A stretch of 58,141 nucleotides of DNA from a virus (IMGVR_UViG_3300025168_000098:1-58141); one strand, 5' to 3'. Positions 48,971-57,689 are shown, numbered from the stretch's first letter. A program made the numbers and translations. Notes: generated by a model from the sequence alone, not told the origin.

Positions 48971-49189
48971 TCAAGCCTGAGCATCTACACAATTCACAAT
49001 TGCAGTTGGATTTGACCAAACCCAAACTACGGTTTTGGATTCTACATGAACCCACTCTTGACCATCCCATTTTATCGGCCTAGAGCATAGCATACAGAAC
49101 TCACATTGGCAACGTGGCTGGTCATCCCCAATGGAGATAGAGGATAGACCACAATCCACGCATACGCTTTGAGAGTTTGTTACTTTCAT
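48971..49189 (-). CDS. Small Zn-finger protein
   Basis: CVDC, CQC and CMLC; ATGA overlap with the upstream gene. Confidence 0.6.
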   Translation of the reverse strand: MKVTNSQSVCVDCGLSSISIGDDQPRCQCEFCMLCSRPIKWDGQEWVHVESKTVVWVWSNPTAIVNCVDAQA

Positions 49190-51345
49190 TCTACTAATTC
49201 CCCTGCTTTGTTTTGGAAGGAAACTTTAGTATCTTCATCCAGCCAATTATCTGCTTGGTCTTTGTTGTCGAAAGTCATAATGACTGAGTTAGTTTCTAGG
49301 CATACAACAGCCCATGAACCGCCTTCTAATTGCATAACAACTCGGCTTACTTCATTTTCCATTTCTGTCTCAATTAACTTTGCTGATTTCTTACCATGAG
49401 GCAGACCTGCATTCTTAGCACAGGTTGCACCATATCCATGAGTCATTGAAACATCTGTTGAAAGGTGCTTGGAACAGAAGCAACAGTAGCCACTTTTTCG
49501 ACCTAATCTACGGATAGTTGAGATTGGGTCTGCACGAAGGGATTGAAGAACAATCCAAGTATCGTCAGGAAGCCCCATTGAAGGGGTCATACTGCCGTTG
49601 AAACGGTTTACATTACCTCTTGCTAGGGTTGCACCTGTTTGGATGAATCTTCGGCTATCCTGAGATGATGCTCTTTCTGCTTCTGTAAACTGTAATTCTG
49701 CCGCTTCGGTTGTTCTTGTTTTTTTGTCAAAGAAGTTTAATGGGCGAATCACTAATTCTCTTTGGAACGCATCAAAAGTTTCAACGCCTTTTGTTCCGTA
49801 TTTTGGAACGCATGGTGCTGGTGCTTCTTTAGTGTTGGAGTCAACAACCAAAGTGATGATTGGGTGTTTCAAAGGTTTGCCGTTTTCTGAACCTTCAAAC
49901 TGATTGAATAGTTCAACAACTGCATCCCATCCATCTTGCACTTTAGTAGTGTCAGGATTAGATGCAATTCCTTTCTTGGTTAATTCCCCAACCCAATACA
50001 TTTGCTTGTCAGAAAGACGGCCATATTTATTCCATCCACCAATTAAATCAATTGCGAAGTTTTTGTCTCGACCTGTAAGACTTTCATGGACTTCTTTTAG
50101 AGCATCAATTTTTGGATTTCCACCACGACTTGCTTGAGGCGTATTTAGTTCTTTGACGTAATACATCTGAGAAGAAGAAAGTTTTCCATTTGCTAAAAAT
50201 TGACTAACTAAAGATTTAGCGAAACTAATACTTCTGTTAGGAACTGTTCCCATGTCTAAAGCATCTTGAAGTGCCGCAATCTCAGGATGAGCATGACGTG
50301 TCTCAACATCAGTTTCAACAACTGAATTATTTTTAGAATCAGGCAATGCTGAAAATTGTTTTTCTGAGATGAAACTTAGACCTGTTGCATTGCAGTATTC
50401 ACAGGCACTACCTTTGTTGTATATATTGCCCGAAGTCCTACCGACTCCTTTACAGCATTGACAGGCCACTAGAACAGCACCCTTTAGTGAATTACCCCAA
50501 TTTGCAGATAGTTGTTTTACATATGGTTTTTTGTTGCTTCCATTCTTGAGTTGTTTAACAGAAGGCTTGGTGCTATTTGTTGTTATTATATCGAAAGATG
50601 CTGGACGTGATAAAATACGATTAAGGTTAGGTAGTTTGAATGGTTTGTCGTCATATTGACCACCTGAGACTACTTTCATACCAACAATAGAATGGAACAA
50701 AATACCATCCTCACAAACATAATAATATTCTCCATTTGAATCAGTTTTTCTTTGAACAAGTATAGACCTTCTCAGCCTATCATATCTTGCTGATATTGTT
50801 CCATTGATGGTGTTGCTCATACCATAGTAATTCAAAGGGATGTGAATAGTCTCAGGAGAAGAACCATCTTTGAATCCACATATCAGATTTCTTGTCTCAT
50901 ATCCATTACCCATATTTTTTTCTCCATAGATTCCAACATCGTGAGATTTGGCCGCAACATTCCAACTTCTCGGCATGAGAACTTTGGCTGATTGCCTATC
51001 TCCATTCTTGACTAATTCAAGTAAATCTTTCTGCGTAGTATGAGCCAAAGAAATATTCCTTCCCCACCAATCAATCGGTGAATCATATTTCTTGACACCA
51101 AAATTATTTTCACGGACTTGACCACCAAACCGACTGTATGCAATTGGTATGTGGCTTATATCCTCAGTTTGTATCAATGCGTAGTGTTGATGCTCGTCAT
51201 CGTTTGTTGGCTGTTTAACAACAAGTCCTGTTGATTGTAATTTCATTTTTATTCGATTATATCTTTGAATTGGTGTTAAGTCATGTAAGAAATCTGTTGA
51301 AGAAATCCTACTTTTTGGGTCATTTAGTGTGTTTTCTGTTATCAT
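49186..51345 (-). CDS. Multidomain protein with DnaJ-type Zn finger and DUF6011-like C-terminus
   Basis: CQCCKGVG/CEYCNATG; two FA..L......G.LS..QMY.V.EL repeats; CCFCSKHLSTDVSMTHGYGATCAK. Confidence 0.7.
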   Translation of the reverse strand: MITENTLNDPKSRISSTDFLHDLTPIQRYNRIKMKLQSTGLVVKQPTNDDEHQHYALIQTEDISHIPIAYSRFGGQVRENNFGVKKYDSPIDWWGRNISLAHTTQKDLLELVKNGDRQSAKVLMPRSWNVAAKSHDVGIYGEKNMGNGYETRNLICGFKDGSSPETIHIPLNYYGMSNTINGTISARYDRLRRSILVQRKTDSNGEYYYVCEDGILFHSIVGMKVVSGGQYDDKPFKLPNLNRILSRPASFDIITTNSTKPSVKQLKNGSNKKPYVKQLSANWGNSLKGAVLVACQCCKGVGRTSGNIYNKGSACEYCNATGLSFISEKQFSALPDSKNNSVVETDVETRHAHPEIAALQDALDMGTVPNRSISFAKSLVSQFLANGKLSSSQMYYVKELNTPQASRGGNPKIDALKEVHESLTGRDKNFAIDLIGGWNKYGRLSDKQMYWVGELTKKGIASNPDTTKVQDGWDAVVELFNQFEGSENGKPLKHPIITLVVDSNTKEAPAPCVPKYGTKGVETFDAFQRELVIRPLNFFDKKTRTTEAAELQFTEAERASSQDSRRFIQTGATLARGNVNRFNGSMTPSMGLPDDTWIVLQSLRADPISTIRRLGRKSGYCCFCSKHLSTDVSMTHGYGATCAKNAGLPHGKKSAKLIETEMENEVSRVVMQLEGGSWAVVCLETNSVIMTFDNKDQADNWLDEDTKVSFQNKAGELVE

Positions 51346-51505
51346 GGTATCATTTTCCTTGCCCTGTGGGTCGCTTTTATCGCTTCGCTCACGTTGGACT
51401 TTGGTTATGAATACTTCGTTTTCTCAATAAAACTCGATAATACTGTATCAAGTGCATTCGGAACTGATTTGCAGACCAAGTTCCAAGATGCGTTTCTCGC
51501 AGTAA

Positions 51506-51595
51506 TCAAGAAAGAATAAATAAAATTGCTAATAGACAAAATATCTGAGAAATAATCACAATCGCTAATCCAATTGGGTCAAGTTCTTCGCTCAT
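51506..51595 (-). CDS. 29-aa single-TM micropeptide
   Basis: MSEELDPIGLAIVIISQIFCLLAILFILS; ATGA overlap with the upstream gene. Confidence 0.5.
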   Translation of the reverse strand: MSEELDPIGLAIVIISQIFCLLAILFILS

Positions 51596-51789
51596 ATTTC
51601 ATCTTGTGAATTGACACGGTATTTTACGAAATCTAAATCTCGGACAATATCAATCTCATGTGTTGTAAATATTGTTCCTGATGTCATATGGATTTCAGCA
51701 GATATTCCCTTGATTAAAGTTACAGCGATTATCTTAGATTCGTCAATAAAACTCCATCCACTTTCTGTTAATATTTGCATTTCAATCAC
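51592..51789 (-). CDS. Hypothetical protein
   Basis: 65 aa within a coupled operon. Confidence 0.55.
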   Translation of the reverse strand: MIEMQILTESGWSFIDESKIIAVTLIKGISAEIHMTSGTIFTTHEIDIVRDLDFVKYRVNSQDEI

Positions 51790-51869
51790 TCTTTATTTTC
51801 TTGACAAAATAAACAAATCCATGTGATAGGCTCAAGACCCATATCAGTCCAACATTTACATTTACTCAT
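51786..51869 (-). CDS. 27-aa Cys microprotein
   Basis: MSKCKCWTDMGLEPITWICLFCQENKE; GAGGGA SD; GTGA overlap with the next gene. Confidence 0.45.
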   Translation of the reverse strand: MSKCKCWTDMGLEPITWICLFCQENKE

Positions 51870-51878
51870 CTTAATCCC

Positions 51879-52349
51879 TCAAGCAAATGGATTTCTTTTT
51901 CTCTCAGCCATATCCGCTTCACGAACTATTCTTTGTTCTGCCCTGCGAGCGTCATCTTCTTTTCTTTTCTTGGCTCTAGCCCATCTGATTTCTCCAACTT
52001 CAACAACAGCATCTACAATCATCTGAATATGTGGGTCATTTGGATTGTCAAAATGGATAGCCCATTGGAATCCACGCTTGGTTAAATCAACATCATCAAC
52101 TCGGATATTTCCTTCTGAAACCTGTGGTCTAATTTGTTCCCATGCCGATTCCTTAATCCATATTGATGCACCACCACCTTGAGAACCATAGATAGCGGCG
52201 ATTCTTTGATAACTACCCATCAAAGATATTGCTGTGTATTTTACTGCACCAGCAGTTTTTTCGTCAAAGGTGCATCCGTATTTATCAAATGCATCTATGA
52301 TACTTGCTTTCGTCATCGTTTTTATTTCGGCTTTCGTGTATTCCGTCAT
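51879..52349 (-). CDS. Hypothetical protein
   Basis: 156 aa; SD and GGTGGG promoter upstream. Confidence 0.7.
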   Translation of the reverse strand: MTEYTKAEIKTMTKASIIDAFDKYGCTFDEKTAGAVKYTAISLMGSYQRIAAIYGSQGGGASIWIKESAWEQIRPQVSEGNIRVDDVDLTKRGFQWAIHFDNPNDPHIQMIVDAVVEVGEIRWARAKKRKEDDARRAEQRIVREADMAERKRNPFA

Positions 52350-52502
52350 TGTTCACATCTCCTGTGTAATCCGTATCTGACAATCCCACCCTAATAAATG
52401 AATACTTTTCTGACAATGAATATGCTTCTGACCAAACTTCGTCAAACAATTGGAACGGTGGGATTATTGAAATCAGATTGAATGTTGGCTTCAACATCAT
52501 CC

Positions 52503-52646
52503 TCATTCCAAAACTCTCACTTCGACATTTTCGCCAACTCGTTTGAATACAAACTCGACATTCGGATTTGCGAAAACTATGATTTGCATTTTCCGACCAA
52601 ACTCATGTGGATTCATTGACGCTGAGAATATCCATTCTTTTTCCAT
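52503..52646 (-). CDS. 47-aa hypothetical protein
   Basis: MEKEWIFSASMNPHEFGRKMQIIVFANPNVEFVFKRVGENVEVRVLE; ATG 17 nt from a GGTGGG promoter. Confidence 0.6.
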   Translation of the reverse strand: MEKEWIFSASMNPHEFGRKMQIIVFANPNVEFVFKRVGENVEVRVLE

Positions 52647-52672
52647 GACAACACCTGTTAATCCCACCTATA

Positions 52673-53044
52673 TCAAGAGATGATTATAATGATTCCATCT
52701 ATTACAGCCTGACGTAAAGGAACGGTATCACAAATAGTTCCATTGTAGTATGCACCAATCGGTAAAATCTCATAGAGGAAAACATCAGAATGCACTTCCA
52801 TTTGTATGTCTGTAAAATTATCCAAAGTTCCATCAACCACGAAAATATAATCGGCTGTTATTAATCCTTCATTCTCGATTCGCTTGGAAACGATTTCACC
52901 ATCAAACCACATACAGGAATCTTCTTCCCAAAACGGAACTATTCTTGCTGGTAATGGGGGCATCAAAGAAACTGACATTAATAGAATTACTGTGAATAAA
53001 GAGAACACTTGAACAACCAAATCTGAATTATGCTGTTGGCTCAT
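52673..53044 (-). CDS. Membrane-anchored hypothetical protein
   Basis: N-terminal TM; AACC-class promoter 21 nt upstream. Confidence 0.65.
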   Translation of the reverse strand: MSQQHNSDLVVQVFSLFTVILLMSVSLMPPLPARIVPFWEEDSCMWFDGEIVSKRIENEGLITADYIFVVDGTLDNFTDIQMEVHSDVFLYEILPIGAYYNGTICDTVPLRQAVIDGIIIIIS

Positions 53045-53084
53045 AAACATGAAAGAGACAACGCTGGTTATTGTCTAAGATGAT

Positions 53085-53208
53085 TAGGTGAGAGTAGGGG
53101 GGTTTGAAACGGAATTACAACAAGCCGACCCAGCGACCCCCCTACCCTCAAAAATGCAATTTTTGTATGAGCAAGCATTGCATCAAATGATATGTTATTC
53201 GCTGGGTA
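53085..53208 (-). ncRNA. Candidate structured small RNA
   Basis: GGTGGG promoter at 53225 with no ATG at the expected start; 14-bp stem 53090-53103/53136-53149; 9-nt complementarity 53199-53207/53128-53136; ATGCAAT/ATTGCAT hairpin. Confidence 0.45.
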
Positions 53209-53234
53209 ATCTATGCTAGATAAGCCCACCTATA

Positions 53235-53510
53235 TTAAGGATTCATTAATGTAATTCTTCTAGCATTATAATCTGAAACTGCATTGTAATCCACATTCCA
53301 TTTCTTGACATCATCTGTTGGATTCAACAATCTGACATTCTGAAAATAAACATCAAATCCCAATGAAGAAAATAACTCTTTGAAATAAGTAATTTCCATT
53401 CCTGTATTCTGCATTCTCATAATGACTTTTCGATTCCCCAAATTATCTGTTGCGAGATGTAGTTCTCGACCTTCTTCTGCTTCGACCAGCAAATACGATA
53501 CTTCGACCAT
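53235..53510 (-). CDS. Hypothetical protein
   Basis: Likely start MVEVSY within the ORF-track frame 53235-53636. Confidence 0.5.
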   Translation of the reverse strand: MVEVSYLLVEAEEGRELHLATDNLGNRKVIMRMQNTGMEITYFKELFSSLGFDVYFQNVRLLNPTDDVKKWNVDYNAVSDYNARRITLMNP

Positions 53511-53657
53511 GACTATTCGGAATGTATTGGGGTTTTTTATTCCGCCTATTTCCGAGCCGATTAACCATATGAACTCAAGACTATATAAACTGTGCAAGAT
53601 TTCCAAAAACCATTTTTTCGATGTTGGCTTCAACACGGAGTTTTTGCTGGTGATTAC

Positions 53658-53728
53658 AATATCGCTATTGGTCAGGAAGCAGTTTGAGATTACAACCGAA
53701 TGTCAGAATATCGCTATCGGTCAGGAAG
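53658..53728. repeat. 22-bp direct repeat, two copies
   Basis: AATATCGCTATYGGTCAGGAAG at 53658-53679 and 53707-53728. Confidence 0.7.
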
Positions 53729-53966
53729 ATTTCTCATCTTTCAATTCCCAAGCACCTTTCTGACTCGTATGTATCTGACTTAATTGCTCTATTTTGTCAT
53801 TTGCGGCGAATCTGAGAGCCAAAGATAGGTTTACTGACTCATCCATAGCCAAATCATATTTCTTACGCCAAAACCGTTCTGATTTACGCACCTTTCTGAG
53901 AAGTTTTTCTAAATGTCTCAACTTAATGTTTAGATTCTTTATTTTCTCATCTTTTTTCTTACTCAT
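53721..53966 (-). CDS. Basic coiled-coil protein
   Basis: Start MSKKKDEK overlaps the upstream stop. Confidence 0.55.
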   Translation of the reverse strand: MSKKKDEKIKNLNIKLRHLEKLLRKVRKSERFWRKKYDLAMDESVNLSLALRFAANDKIEQLSQIHTSQKGAWELKDEKSS

Positions 53967-54894
53967 CTTCGGACACATCAACTGTAAGATGTCCTGATTC
54001 CTGATAGACCTTAATCCTATCTTTGATATCGAGATTTTTCCCTTCATGGATTAACATCAGAACTTCTGAAACTCTTTCGTTTGTTATTGAGAATGTTTTC
54101 TTATTCCATCGAGGATAATTTTCTGAAATATTTTGGTCAGGCCGTGTAGTAAACATGACATTTCCTGAATAGTTTGATATCGTGTATAATGGTAATAATG
54201 CAATCCGAGAATTACTCTTGAAACCTGACCAAGAATGTTGTTCCTTTTCCAAAGTCCTTTTTGATTTTGATTTTGTTTCCTTCCAACTTCTTGCTTTTCG
54301 ATTATCATCATTCATCTGAATCATAAATGGTGGAATCATATTTGCTTTTTCTTGTTCTTTTCTTGTTCTAAAAATTGTTCTCGGCATTATCATAATTGGT
54401 GGAACAACAATACCATTATTGGGTCGAGAAAATTGACCAAATGTTAAGTCAACAAAATGATGTTTTGTCTGAATTATTACATGACCTGCATATCCTTCTA
54501 AATCACTTTGAAAATCCCAACCATCCATATGACCACATAAACCAATGTAAGCATTTGGAAAACCTTCACAGATATATCCATCAGATGTTAATTCATATCC
54601 ATTTCCAGCATTATACCATTCAACATAATCACGATTCCAATTAGCAATATCAACGCAAATTACTTTACTCGATTTATATCCTAATTTTTTCAGGAATAAA
54701 TGGAACAATTGAGAATGGGAAACACAACTATCTCCTTTCAAAAATGCACCACCATCGGGAGTCTTTTTGTAATCAACAAATGTCTCAACTGCTTTTTCCA
54801 AAAATATACGTTCTTGTCTTTCAGTTAGATTGTATTTATTTTCTGACTTTTTCTTTTTCTTGTAGGCCAATTTTTTCGCTCTAAACTTCGACAT
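53959..54894 (-). CDS. Hypothetical protein, possibly transglutaminase/papain-like fold
   Basis: GDSC...GHVII...FVDLTFGQF gives a Cys-His-Asp arrangement. Confidence 0.6.
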   Translation of the reverse strand: MSKFRAKKLAYKKKKKSENKYNLTERQERIFLEKAVETFVDYKKTPDGGAFLKGDSCVSHSQLFHLFLKKLGYKSSKVICVDIANWNRDYVEWYNAGNGYELTSDGYICEGFPNAYIGLCGHMDGWDFQSDLEGYAGHVIIQTKHHFVDLTFGQFSRPNNGIVVPPIMIMPRTIFRTRKEQEKANMIPPFMIQMNDDNRKARSWKETKSKSKRTLEKEQHSWSGFKSNSRIALLPLYTISNYSGNVMFTTRPDQNISENYPRWNKKTFSITNERVSEVLMLIHEGKNLDIKDRIKVYQESGHLTVDVSEDE

Positions 54895-54931
54895 TTTTTC
54901 TCACTACTCCCTGTTGGCCTCAACACCTGAT

Positions 54932-55279
54932 TTAATACTCGACAAAATCGAGATAATTATCTTGCATAAAATCTAAGAAAATATTCATCTCATTTACTGC
55001 TTGTTCATATGACAAAAAAGATTTATGTGCAATTTTTTGTTGGGATTTCCAATCATTGAATATCGCCCAAGTATTGAATGCAGATTTCAAACCTCTTTTG
55101 TTGTTACATTTATTGCGTCTGCCAATTATTGATTTGTCGTTACCTGAATATCTTTCACCTTGATATGTTCGGTATTTTACATTCTTGAGATTAGCCCAAA
55201 CGAAGTCGAGCCAAGATTCCATTTGTTCAACAAACTTTTCCTGTTCCCAATCATGGACTTGGGTGATATTCCCAATCAT
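54932..55279 (-). CDS. Hypothetical protein
   Basis: Start MIGNIT through an ATGA overlap. Confidence 0.6.
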   Translation of the reverse strand: MIGNITQVHDWEQEKFVEQMESWLDFVWANLKNVKYRTYQGERYSGNDKSIIGRRNKCNNKRGLKSAFNTWAIFNDWKSQQKIAHKSFLSYEQAVNEMNIFLDFMQDNYLDFVEY

Positions 55280-55371
55280 ATTATTTGACCCCCACAGCAA
55301 CCACATTTATTCTTTACAATTTCATTTCTTGTGAAGGAATCTTCGGGGCATTCACATCGAAGCATATACAT
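55276..55371 (-). CDS. 31-aa Cys microprotein
   Basis: MYMLRCECPEDSFTRNEIVKNKCGCCGGQII; TAATG and ATGA overlaps on either side. Confidence 0.55.
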   Translation of the reverse strand: MYMLRCECPEDSFTRNEIVKNKCGCCGGQII

Positions 55372-55721
55372 TATTCTACCCCCGCATAAAATGGATTATC
55401 ATAAATCCGAACATCATCCCAAATAATATCCTGAGATGGAATCCCATCAGGGCTAACGAAGGATGCAGAATCGTCATCTACGCCCAGCATTCTAGTCATC
55501 ATGGGTGAATGGTCGCAACCAAGTTCCATCAGGCTAGAATCACGCCTAAATGGAAGCACCAATATTTTCTTTGAAGTGGCTCTTGTGAAGCAAATCCATT
55601 TGGCTGATGTGTTCATGTCAGTTGAGCAATAAACACCGCCCCAAGATTTTCTGATTCCTTCTCTCGTAATCGAGAAAAAGTTCTCGTATGGTGTGGCGTG
55701 ATAGTAGGTAGTCAGACTCAT
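55371..55721 (-). CDS. ADP-ribosyltransferase-fold protein (Tpt1/KptA/PARP-like)
   Basis: YYHAT...SITREGI...GVYCS matches the H and Y elements of the ART core. Confidence 0.6.
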   Translation of the reverse strand: MSLTTYYHATPYENFFSITREGIRKSWGGVYCSTDMNTSAKWICFTRATSKKILVLPFRRDSSLMELGCDHSPMMTRMLGVDDDSASFVSPDGIPSQDIIWDDVRIYDNPFYAGVE

Positions 55722-55900
55722 GCTTTCACCACACAGTAATTAATTGATTTACAACTTCGGCATCTAACTATATTCATTCTTCTATCAAGACACATCATAT
55801 GAGTATATGAACCACAATCAGAACATTCGATTGCAGGGCTTATCTCACTAATAGGATGGTCTATCCTACCTGCTTTGACACATACACAACATTCTTTCAT
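55718..55900 (-). CDS. PHD/RING-variant-like C4HC3 Zn-finger microprotein
   Basis: Cx2C...Cx2Cx4Hx2C...Cx2C. Confidence 0.6.
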   Translation of the reverse strand: MKECCVCVKAGRIDHPISEISPAIECSDCGSYTHMMCLDRRMNIVRCRSCKSINYCVVKA

Positions 55901-56655
55901 TCTTTCACCTTCCCCAACAGGTATTGGGAAGTTTTAACAAATGGATATGAGTCATGTTCATCAATAACTTCTCCATGATTATTTTCAACCCAAGTATAGA
56001 AATCTAAAGCATTGTTTCTTTGCCCTACAAGGTCTGCTAACGGTTGCATCCACCAATCAGGGGCATCCCTACCCTTAGCCCACTTTGCGAATGATTTGGT
56101 ATGGTAAAATTGCCTGTATGCTTTGACTGTATCAGCAGGGTATTTTTCTTCTATCTTGAACTCATCAGGCATGGCTTGAACAAACTTCTCAACATGAGTC
56201 CAAGCATAATCAGAACCTTCGGGCAAGGAACTGAATGCATCAAAACAACCATGAGTTTTACCATATCTAACGTGATATGCAAGAAGTAATTCTTTGGTAT
56301 GGTAATATAACCAAGAATAATTTGGTGTATTAATAGTAAATCCACTTTCACCTGCGGCTTCCCATGTGCTAACTGTTTTTATTTCTTGGGAAGGTTCGCC
56401 ATAGTAGTTTGGGAATGTCGGTTTATCCAAGTGTTCTCCAACCCATTTCGTGCATGGATGATGAGGATGTGCATTACCTGAATATCTTGTGATTCCATCC
56501 TTACGGAATGGTAGTTCATTGGGTGCTAAAAGACCTGATTGTTTTAGAGCCGTTGTTAGCATCTGCATTGACTCGACAATCATTTTATTGACGTGAATAT
56601 CACACAATGCATTAGCCGCTTCTATTGGGTTGTAATCAACTACGAATATATTCAT
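55897..56655 (-). CDS. Pyrimidine-dimer DNA glycosylase-like protein (Pyr_excise)
   Basis: MNIF...CDIHVNKMIVESMQML...HPHHPCTKWV...RYGKTH...AMPD...AYRQFY. Confidence 0.8.
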   Translation of the reverse strand: MNIFVVDYNPIEAANALCDIHVNKMIVESMQMLTTALKQSGLLAPNELPFRKDGITRYSGNAHPHHPCTKWVGEHLDKPTFPNYYGEPSQEIKTVSTWEAAGESGFTINTPNYSWLYYHTKELLLAYHVRYGKTHGCFDAFSSLPEGSDYAWTHVEKFVQAMPDEFKIEEKYPADTVKAYRQFYHTKSFAKWAKGRDAPDWWMQPLADLVGQRNNALDFYTWVENNHGEVIDEHDSYPFVKTSQYLLGKVKE

Positions 56656-57002
56656 TCTTCCACCCCTGCTTTATCCATCTCTTCTTTCAATCTCACTAAC
56701 ATAATCTCTATACCATCCTCATCAATGAAATTGGATTCAAGAAAACCATAAAATCCATTGTTGCTGTTCAATAATATCATATCTGCAATCCACCTTCTTT
56801 TCATGAAAGATAATCTGTCAAATACGAACCAAGAATCTTTTGTAAAAAGATGGCTCATTTTTCGGAAACAATACTTGTCTAATATCGGATAATCAGGCCG
56901 CCAACCACGCTGTTGTGCGACCCAACCACTTGTATCAAGTCCGATTATCATATTGCTTTCCATTTCTTGTATTTCATCATATATTTTTTCTCCATAACTC
57001 AT
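56652..57002 (-). CDS. Hypothetical protein
   Basis: Start MSYGEK through an ATGA overlap. Confidence 0.6.
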   Translation of the reverse strand: MSYGEKIYDEIQEMESNMIIGLDTSGWVAQQRGWRPDYPILDKYCFRKMSHLFTKDSWFVFDRLSFMKRRWIADMILLNSNNGFYGFLESNFIDEDGIEIMLVRLKEEMDKAGVEE

Positions 57003-57220
57003 TCTTCCACCTCTTCTTTCCATGCTTCATTCTCCACAAGTTTCCGTGCAGTTTTCACTCGTCTTTCATGTTCTTCAAGTTCTGCTTTAGCATGATGTAA
57101 ACAGCCGTTCACAGTATCGTAGATTTGTTGTAATTCAGTAACACGTATCTGTGCCATTATACGACTATCTTCCCTTATTCTCCATTCTCTCTTCATTGAT
57201 TCCTCTATATTTTCATTCAT
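56999..57220 (-). CDS. Coiled-coil hypothetical protein
   Basis: 73 aa within a coupled operon. Confidence 0.6.
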   Translation of the reverse strand: MNENIEESMKREWRIREDSRIMAQIRVTELQQIYDTVNGCLHHAKAELEEHERRVKTARKLVENEAWKEEVEE

Positions 57221-57343
57221 TTATTCATCACCTTCCATTTTTTCCCAACAAGTAGGGCAAATAACCCCACCATTTTGATAGCGAAAGATTTCACCATCTT
57301 TGAATACTCTTCTTCGGCACATAGTCATAATGCAGGGATTCAT
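57221..57343 (-). CDS. 40-aa Cys microprotein
   Basis: MNPCIMTMCRRRVFKDGEIFRYQNGGVICPTCWEKMEGDE; coupled at both ends. Confidence 0.55.
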   Translation of the reverse strand: MNPCIMTMCRRRVFKDGEIFRYQNGGVICPTCWEKMEGDE

Positions 57344-57540
57344 GCTTCCACCCCACTATCATCATTAGGTTTTGGAAATCCAAAGTTGGCTCTAAGATAT
57401 TTAAGATGTGGAATCAAAGCCTCTTCTAAAATCAATAATTCATGTTTGTTCAATTTAACTAAGAAATGTAAATCAACATCTGTCGCTGTTTCTATACCCT
57501 TCGCTTGAAACGGGTTAAAAGTAAAATCCTTATTATTCAT
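57340..57540 (-). CDS. Hypothetical protein
   Basis: Start MNNKDF through an ATGA overlap. Confidence 0.6.
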   Translation of the reverse strand: MNNKDFTFNPFQAKGIETATDVDLHFLVKLNKHELLILEEALIPHLKYLRANFGFPKPNDDSGVEA

Positions 57541-57689
57541 GCTTCCACCCATCCTGTTGAAAGCGAATATACCATACCTGCTTCGTGATTCTTCCTACAT
57601 TCTTTTATTCCACAACAAAATGCTTGAACATATTGTTGTCCTCTATCATATCTGATTAATTGACAATAAGGGCATCTGTAACTACTCAT
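57537..57689 (-). CDS. 50-aa Cys microprotein
   Basis: MSSYRCPYC...FCCGIKEC...WVEA; ATGA overlaps at both ends. Confidence 0.55.
   Translation of the reverse strand: MSSYRCPYCQLIRYDRGQQYVQAFCCGIKECRKNHEAGMVYSLSTGWVEA

Larger units (their letters stand above)
2271..53230 (-). promoter_or_regulatory. Dispersed promoter motif: TATA-like box followed by GGTGGG (14 copies)
   Basis: + strand CCCACC at 2271, 7089, 9401, 13076, 16863, 18901, 20342, 22958, 25249, 32755, 34931, 52385, 52663, 53225; 17-18 nt from an ATG in 11 cases. Confidence 0.8.

Noticed and set aside
52285-52506. 73-aa minus-strand ORF
   Set aside because: It overlaps the promoter and start of 51879-52349 and has no recognisable features; support is insufficient.
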